DNA from: Bdellovibrionales bacterium
Lineage (GTDB): Bacteria > Bdellovibrionota > Bdellovibrionia > Bdellovibrionales > CAYMLA01
Length of the DNA: 64,000 nucleotides
Reading direction: 5' to 3'
Assembly: GCA_965217115.1 (NCBI GenBank)
Contig: OZ244239.1
Span: 1,504,001-1,568,000, forward strand
Shown: positions 59,505-64,000 of the stretch, piece after piece
Layout of the letters: the number at the start of each line of letters is the position of its first letter
How positions within the stretch are numbered: position 1 is the first letter of the stretch
Translations under genes and position numbers: made by a program
The notes under the pieces: model-generated
Seen by the model: the letters and a program-made list of their open reading frames with translations, nothing else
Database searches by the model: none
What the model was told of the DNA's origin: nothing

Positions 59505-60035
59505 TTAATAAACTTTTTTAAAGTAATAGCAATTTGCAATAACAGTATGAGTATTCAGATAAATAATCTGACCCACAAAATAATCTCCATATTTTTTTAA
59601 TGAGTAGTGTGTATATTTATCTGCAGATACTAAAGAGCTCTCCTGTTCCTTGGTGGTAAAGACCTCATTATCGAACATCCGTGTAAGTTTTTTCACACCA
59701 TTTTTAAACTCTGATAAATTATTATCATAATAGTTCGCTGGTGGGGTTCCTGTACTAGAAACAAATATCATTTGCTGTGCTGTCCTTGGAGGAAAGTCGT
59801 TACGATTATCTGGATGTATAATTACGCGATATGTTAATAGTCCAGCTGTTGGCTTGCTTGGCTCTCCTCCTCTGTAACATCTTCCAGACCACCAACCAAA
59901 AGTTTCTTCTTTTGTAGGTAGGGTTCCTTGGTCAAACATCTCTCCGAGTTCTTCAAAATCAGTGGAAAGCTCTGATGCTGCATGGACACTGCTAAATGCT
60001 AGGCATGAGAAGATAACAATAGATAAAAACTTCAT
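59505..60035 (-). CDS. Secreted paralog family member C
   Basis: Closest to A; same flanks. Confidence 0.9.
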   Translation of the reverse strand: MKFLSIVIFSCLAFSSVHAASELSTDFEELGEMFDQGTLPTKEETFGWWSGRCYRGGEPSKPTAGLLTYRVIIHPDNRNDFPPRTAQQMIFVSSTGTPPANYYDNNLSEFKNGVKKLTRMFDNEVFTTKEQESSLVSADKYTHYSLKKYGDYFVGQIIYLNTHTVIANCYYFKKVY

Positions 60036-60305
60036 TACAACTCCTTATTTATATTGCCTATTTAGGCAATGGTTTTATTATGAGGCTTACCGCCCATAAA
60101 TTTATTGCGTTTTATTTAAAACACACAGTTTATTTAACAGTTTTTCTATAAATGTCTACAATTATAATTGTAGCCTCAAATCGTAATAAATTCACCGAAT
60201 TGACTCATAAATAATCAGATCGAAGAGGCCTGGAGTCCTAGAATTAAGATTTGTACTTAGGATTCTAGGTATGTAAAAATTATATTTCCTACGGAAGAAC
60301 AAGTA

Positions 60306-60864
60306 ATGCAGGCTAAGGAGCTTAGAATTTTCTGTCATCAAATTGGACTCAGAGAGGCCAAATTTCATGATCTAAGAGAGACGTATATTACAAATTTACT
60401 GAGTAATGGAGTCGGAATTAGTAAGGTTATGAAGCAAGTAGTTAAAACAGTTTTACAGTATGTGACTGTTGATGAGAAGAGAAAGAAAACACTGGATAAC
60501 TCGCTCCAAGATATTGAGCAAATTTCTGAGAATCTTCTCATTAAATACAGAGAGGATGAGAAAGAAGGATTCGATGACAGTGCTTGTCTTATCTCATTTT
60601 GGGAATCAAAAAAAAATTGAACATAGTGATAGAGGTATAGAATTTACTGAGAGTATAAAATGGAACGATTTAGATAAGATCAAAGAATCTATTGGCCTTA
60701 AAAGAACACTCTCAAACATCATCAACAATGCCGTAGAAGCGGTAGAACCAGGCAATGGGATAGGGCTTTTAAATGCTCAGAAGTATATTGACTCTGTTGG
60801 TGGGACTTTGAGGATTAAAGGTCTAACTAAGAACACAACGATTAAATGCATTGTTCGATCTTGA
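60306..60864 (+). pseudogene. Mosaic remnant: tyrosine recombinase C-terminal fragment joined to histidine-kinase fragments
   Basis: FHDLRETYITNLLSNGV (HxxR box); LSNIINNAVEA (N box) joined to GNGIGL...VGGTL (G2 box). Confidence 0.7.
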
Positions 60865-60910
60865 CCTTTATATTTGAATGTGATTGCTTTGGTGGCAAAG
60901 GAGGTTGTTT

Positions 60911-62215
60911 GTGAGTCATGGTAGTCGAATATATAAACTAGAAGAGGTTTTTGTTAAGAGTGGAGTGCCACTTCATACCTTTGTTGATCGAGAAATCTTG
61001 AAGAAAGAATTAGAATCAAATATTACTTTGAGAAGTAACGCGATATTTTTTCTTGGATATTCAAAAAGCGGAAAAACTGTTTTTAGAAAAAAATATTTTG
61101 ATTCCACTAACGAATTTGAAGAATGTCTTTTTCGCTGCTCCAGAGATTCAACAAAGGAGCAGTTATACAATTTTATGGCAAACGAGTTTCAAATACATCC
61201 TCCAAGTTCAACGACAGAAACAAATTCTTCTTCAAATGAAGGGAGAATTTCCTTGGGAATCAGTAATCTCAAGCTATTAGGGAAAAAGAATAACTTAGTC
61301 TCAAAGTCAACGACCTCGCAAAATTTAACTGATAAAATTGATGTTAATTACCTTTGTAAAAGTATACCTAGTAATTCAAAAAAGATAATTGTTCTAGAAG
61401 ATTATCATCTTTTAGACAGAGATTTTACAGAATCTTTTACTGAAGATTTAAAACATTTTTTAGATCAAGAGATTGTTTTTATTATTATAGGAATTCCAAG
61501 TTCTCCAGATAGAACGTTTGCAGCAAACCCTGATTTAACGGGGCGTGTAAAAGGGCTGAATTTTGATTATCTAACAGAGGAAGAGTCAAGAAAACTTATT
61601 AGTAAAGGGGAAAAATGTTTAAATATTCGTATTGATGATGAGTCAAAGAAACAAATTTTTGAAAAATCTTTTGGGAATGCCTATTTGATTCAGTCAATAT
61701 GCCAGGAAGTTTTTAGGAAAAGTAATGTTGAGAGTACATCAGAAATAGAAAAAGTTATTAATGTTTTGGACTCTATAGATACGGCGTGTAGAGAACTGGC
61801 AAGTAGTTTAAAGAATGATTATTCATCTATTATGGAAGTAATAATTAAAGGGGCAAGAAAACAACAGGAGGGAAAAGCTTTTAATCAATATGAGGAAATT
61901 TTAAAATCGATTAAATCTACAGATATAAGTGACTTAGAAAAAGGCTTAAGCCATACTACAATAGCGAGCAATACATGGAGTTCTTTTGGAGAAGAAACCA
62001 TTAATAAATTTGTCAAAAAAGAAAAAAAATATCAAAGTGAAAAGTCATTTAAAGGGTCTGTACAGAGTCAAATAACTTCAGCTTTGAATTCTTTAGAAGA
62101 AAATTTTAAAAAAGCAAATGCAAGAAAGATAATCCATGTATATGAAAAAACTTTATATTTAAGTGATATTGTTTTTAAATTTTATCTTGATTGGAGTGAG
62201 GATAGTGTTTATTGA
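60911..62215 (+). CDS. P-loop (AAA/STAND-like) ATPase of unknown function
   Basis: Walker A GYSKSGKT, Walker B IIVLEDYH; GGAGG before GTG 60911. Confidence 0.8.
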   Translation: MSHGSRIYKLEEVFVKSGVPLHTFVDREILKKELESNITLRSNAIFFLGYSKSGKTVFRKKYFDSTNEFEECLFRCSRDSTKEQLYNFMANEFQIHPPSSTTETNSSSNEGRISLGISNLKLLGKKNNLVSKSTTSQNLTDKIDVNYLCKSIPSNSKKIIVLEDYHLLDRDFTESFTEDLKHFLDQEIVFIIIGIPSSPDRTFAANPDLTGRVKGLNFDYLTEEESRKLISKGEKCLNIRIDDESKKQIFEKSFGNAYLIQSICQEVFRKSNVESTSEIEKVINVLDSIDTACRELASSLKNDYSSIMEVIIKGARKQQEGKAFNQYEEILKSIKSTDISDLEKGLSHTTIASNTWSSFGEETINKFVKKEKKYQSEKSFKGSVQSQITSALNSLEENFKKANARKIIHVYEKTLYLSDIVFKFYLDWSEDSVY

Positions 62216-62309
62216 AGAATAAAACAAATGTAGTTAAATAGTATTCTGTATTAATAAAAAGAAAACGAATTTAGAAATTATGTGACCTATATATGAACTA
62301 TAGTTCAAA

Positions 62310-62729
62310 ATCATAAAGTGATGAGTGGTATTGATAAACCTTGGGGTTGTCCAAGCCCTTTTAATAAAGAGGCTTGCACGAAGTGGAACAAGGTTTCTTC
62401 TGCAAAGATAAATCGTCGTGGGGAGGTGAGAGATGGAAATTAATATCTTAAACTTAAGTCCATCACACTGAGAAGAAGATGTCTGAAAACCCAGAGTTAT
62501 CTGTCAGGTTTTCGTATCTCTTGCAGACGCTTCTTGAGAATACAGAAGGTCAAAGGGATAGGTCAGTATGATTGGGACTCCAATGGTTGTAAAAAGTATT
62601 GTTGGGTCTGGGTTTACGGCTTTTACAAGTACGCTGACTTCAGTGGTGGAGATGACTATGCTTAGTGTAAAGGCTAAGGCTATGAGCCTTGCAGGGGCTG
62701 GAAAAAGGTCTTTTAAAAGACAGTCTAAA
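62310..62729 (+). ncRNA. Candidate ~420-nt structured non-coding element, copy 2
   Basis: 11 substitutions counted by eye versus copy 1, no indels seen. Confidence 0.5.
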
Positions 62730-62782
62730 TAATAGCTACAGTTAAAAAATTACTTACAAAAAATCCAGGCCAGCTTACAAAT

Positions 62783-62820
62783 AAAAAAGGCTACAAATCA
62801 TTAAATTGTAGCCTTTTTTT
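62783..62820. terminator. Bidirectional intrinsic terminator of paralog D
   Basis: AAAAAAGGCTACAA-atcattaaa-TTGTAGCCTTTTTTT. Confidence 0.85.
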
Positions 62821-62831
62821 AGATAGAAAAA

Positions 62832-63371
62832 TTAATACGAATAAACTTTTTTAAAGAAATAGCAATTTGCATAAACGCTAATTGTATGACTTATATCAAG
62901 ACTCTGTCCCACAAAATAATTGTTATATTTTTTTACTGAGAAGACTGTAACTCCATTTGTAGATGCTAAAGAGCCCCATTGTTCCTTGATGGTAAAGGTC
63001 TGATGATCAAGGCTCTTCATATATGCCATCACATTATCCTTAAACTCTGGTAAATTATTGTCATAATAATTCATTGGTAGTTCTGGCCTATTACGAAGAA
63101 ACTTCATGTGATGTGATGTCCTTGGAGGAAGGTTGCCACCATTATTTGGAGCTATATTTATGTGAGATGCTAATAGAACAGATCTTGGCTTGCTTGGCGC
63201 TTTTGCTTTGTAACATCTTCCAGACCACCAACCAAAAATTTCTTCTTCTGTAGGTAGGGTTCCTTGGTCATACATTTCTCCCAGTTCTTCAAAATTAGTG
63301 GGAAACTCTGATGCTGCATGGACATTGCTAAATGCTAGGCATGATAAGATAACAATAGATAAAAACTTCAT
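62832..63371 (-). CDS. Secreted paralog family member D
   Basis: Same signal peptide, RBS and Cys motifs. Confidence 0.9.
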   Translation of the reverse strand: MKFLSIVILSCLAFSNVHAASEFPTNFEELGEMYDQGTLPTEEEIFGWWSGRCYKAKAPSKPRSVLLASHINIAPNNGGNLPPRTSHHMKFLRNRPELPMNYYDNNLPEFKDNVMAYMKSLDHQTFTIKEQWGSLASTNGVTVFSVKKYNNYFVGQSLDISHTISVYANCYFFKKVYSY

Positions 63372-63607
63372 TTCAACTCCTTATTTATATTGCCTACTTG
63401 GGCAATGGTTTTGTTACGAGCTTTACCACCCATAAAGTTATTGCACTTTATTTAAAACACAGAGTCTATTTAACAGTTTTTCTATAAATGTCTACAATAA
63501 AGTGTAATAAATTCATGAATTGACTCATAAATAATCACATCGAAAAGGCCTTTCGATAGAACAGTTTTCTTTAATGATATTTCATATTTTAGAGGAAGAA
63601 ATACGAC

Positions 63608-64000
63608 CTATCTCTTCTTTTCACTGGTCACAGAACGCCCCCATAGTCCTTTACGCCATTTCTTTGTATTCATACGAATGTCAAAAATTCGGATTTTTTG
63701 GATTTTACAATATTCTGGTTGTATGGATCTAAGCCATTGAAGCTTACTTGTTGGTTGATTTTTATTCTGAGTATTTATCATTAAAGTAATGTTCTTAAAC
63801 ACTTCGGACGACATAATTTTATCATTCGGGTCACAGTCACCTCTCAAAAATTCAATTGTGATATTAGGTGAAACACCTCTTATTTGGTCTTCAATGAATT
63901 CTAGTGATAAAGGACAGGAGAGTGTTTTTTTAATACCTTTTCTTTTAAACTTTAGAAGTCCGACACCAGTAGAGTCTAACGATATTATACCTGTCCATTG
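63608..64000 (-). CDS. Hypothetical protein, C-terminal part (start beyond window)
   Basis: Frame is open from 64000 (QWTGIISLDSTGVG...) to the stop at 63608. Confidence 0.6.
   Translation of the reverse strand, partial: QWTGIISLDSTGVGLLKFKRKGIKKTLSCPLSLEFIEDQIRGVSPNITIEFLRGDCDPNDKIMSSEVFKNITLMINTQNKNQPTSKLQWLRSIQPEYCKIQKIRIFDIRMNTKKWRKGLWGRSVTSEKKR

Larger units (their letters stand above)
54251..64000. mobile_element. Degenerate genomic island downstream of tRNA(CAT)
   Basis: Abrupt switch to fragments, repeats, IS3, integrase remnant and orphan genes; right boundary not seen. Confidence 0.7.

Noticed and set aside
56497..63371. Diversity-generating retroelement acting on the paralogs
   Set aside because: First/second-position bias is compatible, but no reverse transcriptase or adenine-rich template repeat is in the window and variation spans the whole gene; not excluded if an RT lies elsewhere
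54251..64000. attR copy of the tRNA 3' end
   Set aside because: No repeat of GAGCCCCTACCA noticed in the window; the island end is probably outside or eroded

Overview
AT-rich bacterial chromosome segment whose gene content (Tad-like and pilin-like exported proteins, PilZ, many secreted hypotheticals) suggests a Bdellovibrionota-like organism; this is an inference, not a lookup. About 54 kb is housekeeping: ctaB, two cyclophilins, glnE, tolQRAB, a suf operon, ftsEX-envC-ctpA, a complete classical menaquinone cluster, maiA/fahA, rapA, tRNA-Ser, and rpsU-yqeY-dnaG-rpoD-tRNA(CAT). Two regions are accessory. (1) 3.7-6.66 kb: Mrr plus an orphan exported protein within a mosaic of 96-bp tandem repeats and 115-bp long hairpins. 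(2) 54.25-64 kb: a decayed island after tRNA(CAT). The island holds two ~97% identical copies of a ~420-nt, apparently non-coding and densely base-paired element (candidate large ncRNA or ssDNA structure) and four dispersed paralogs of a small secreted protein with clustered, almost purely non-synonymous divergence. It also holds an IS3 element whose ends sit in the paralogs' terminators, an IS3-derived MITE, integrase and kinase remnants, and defence-like cargo (HEPN-motif protein, P-loop ATPase, DUF3892-like protein). All family calls come from motif recognition by eye; no searches were run.
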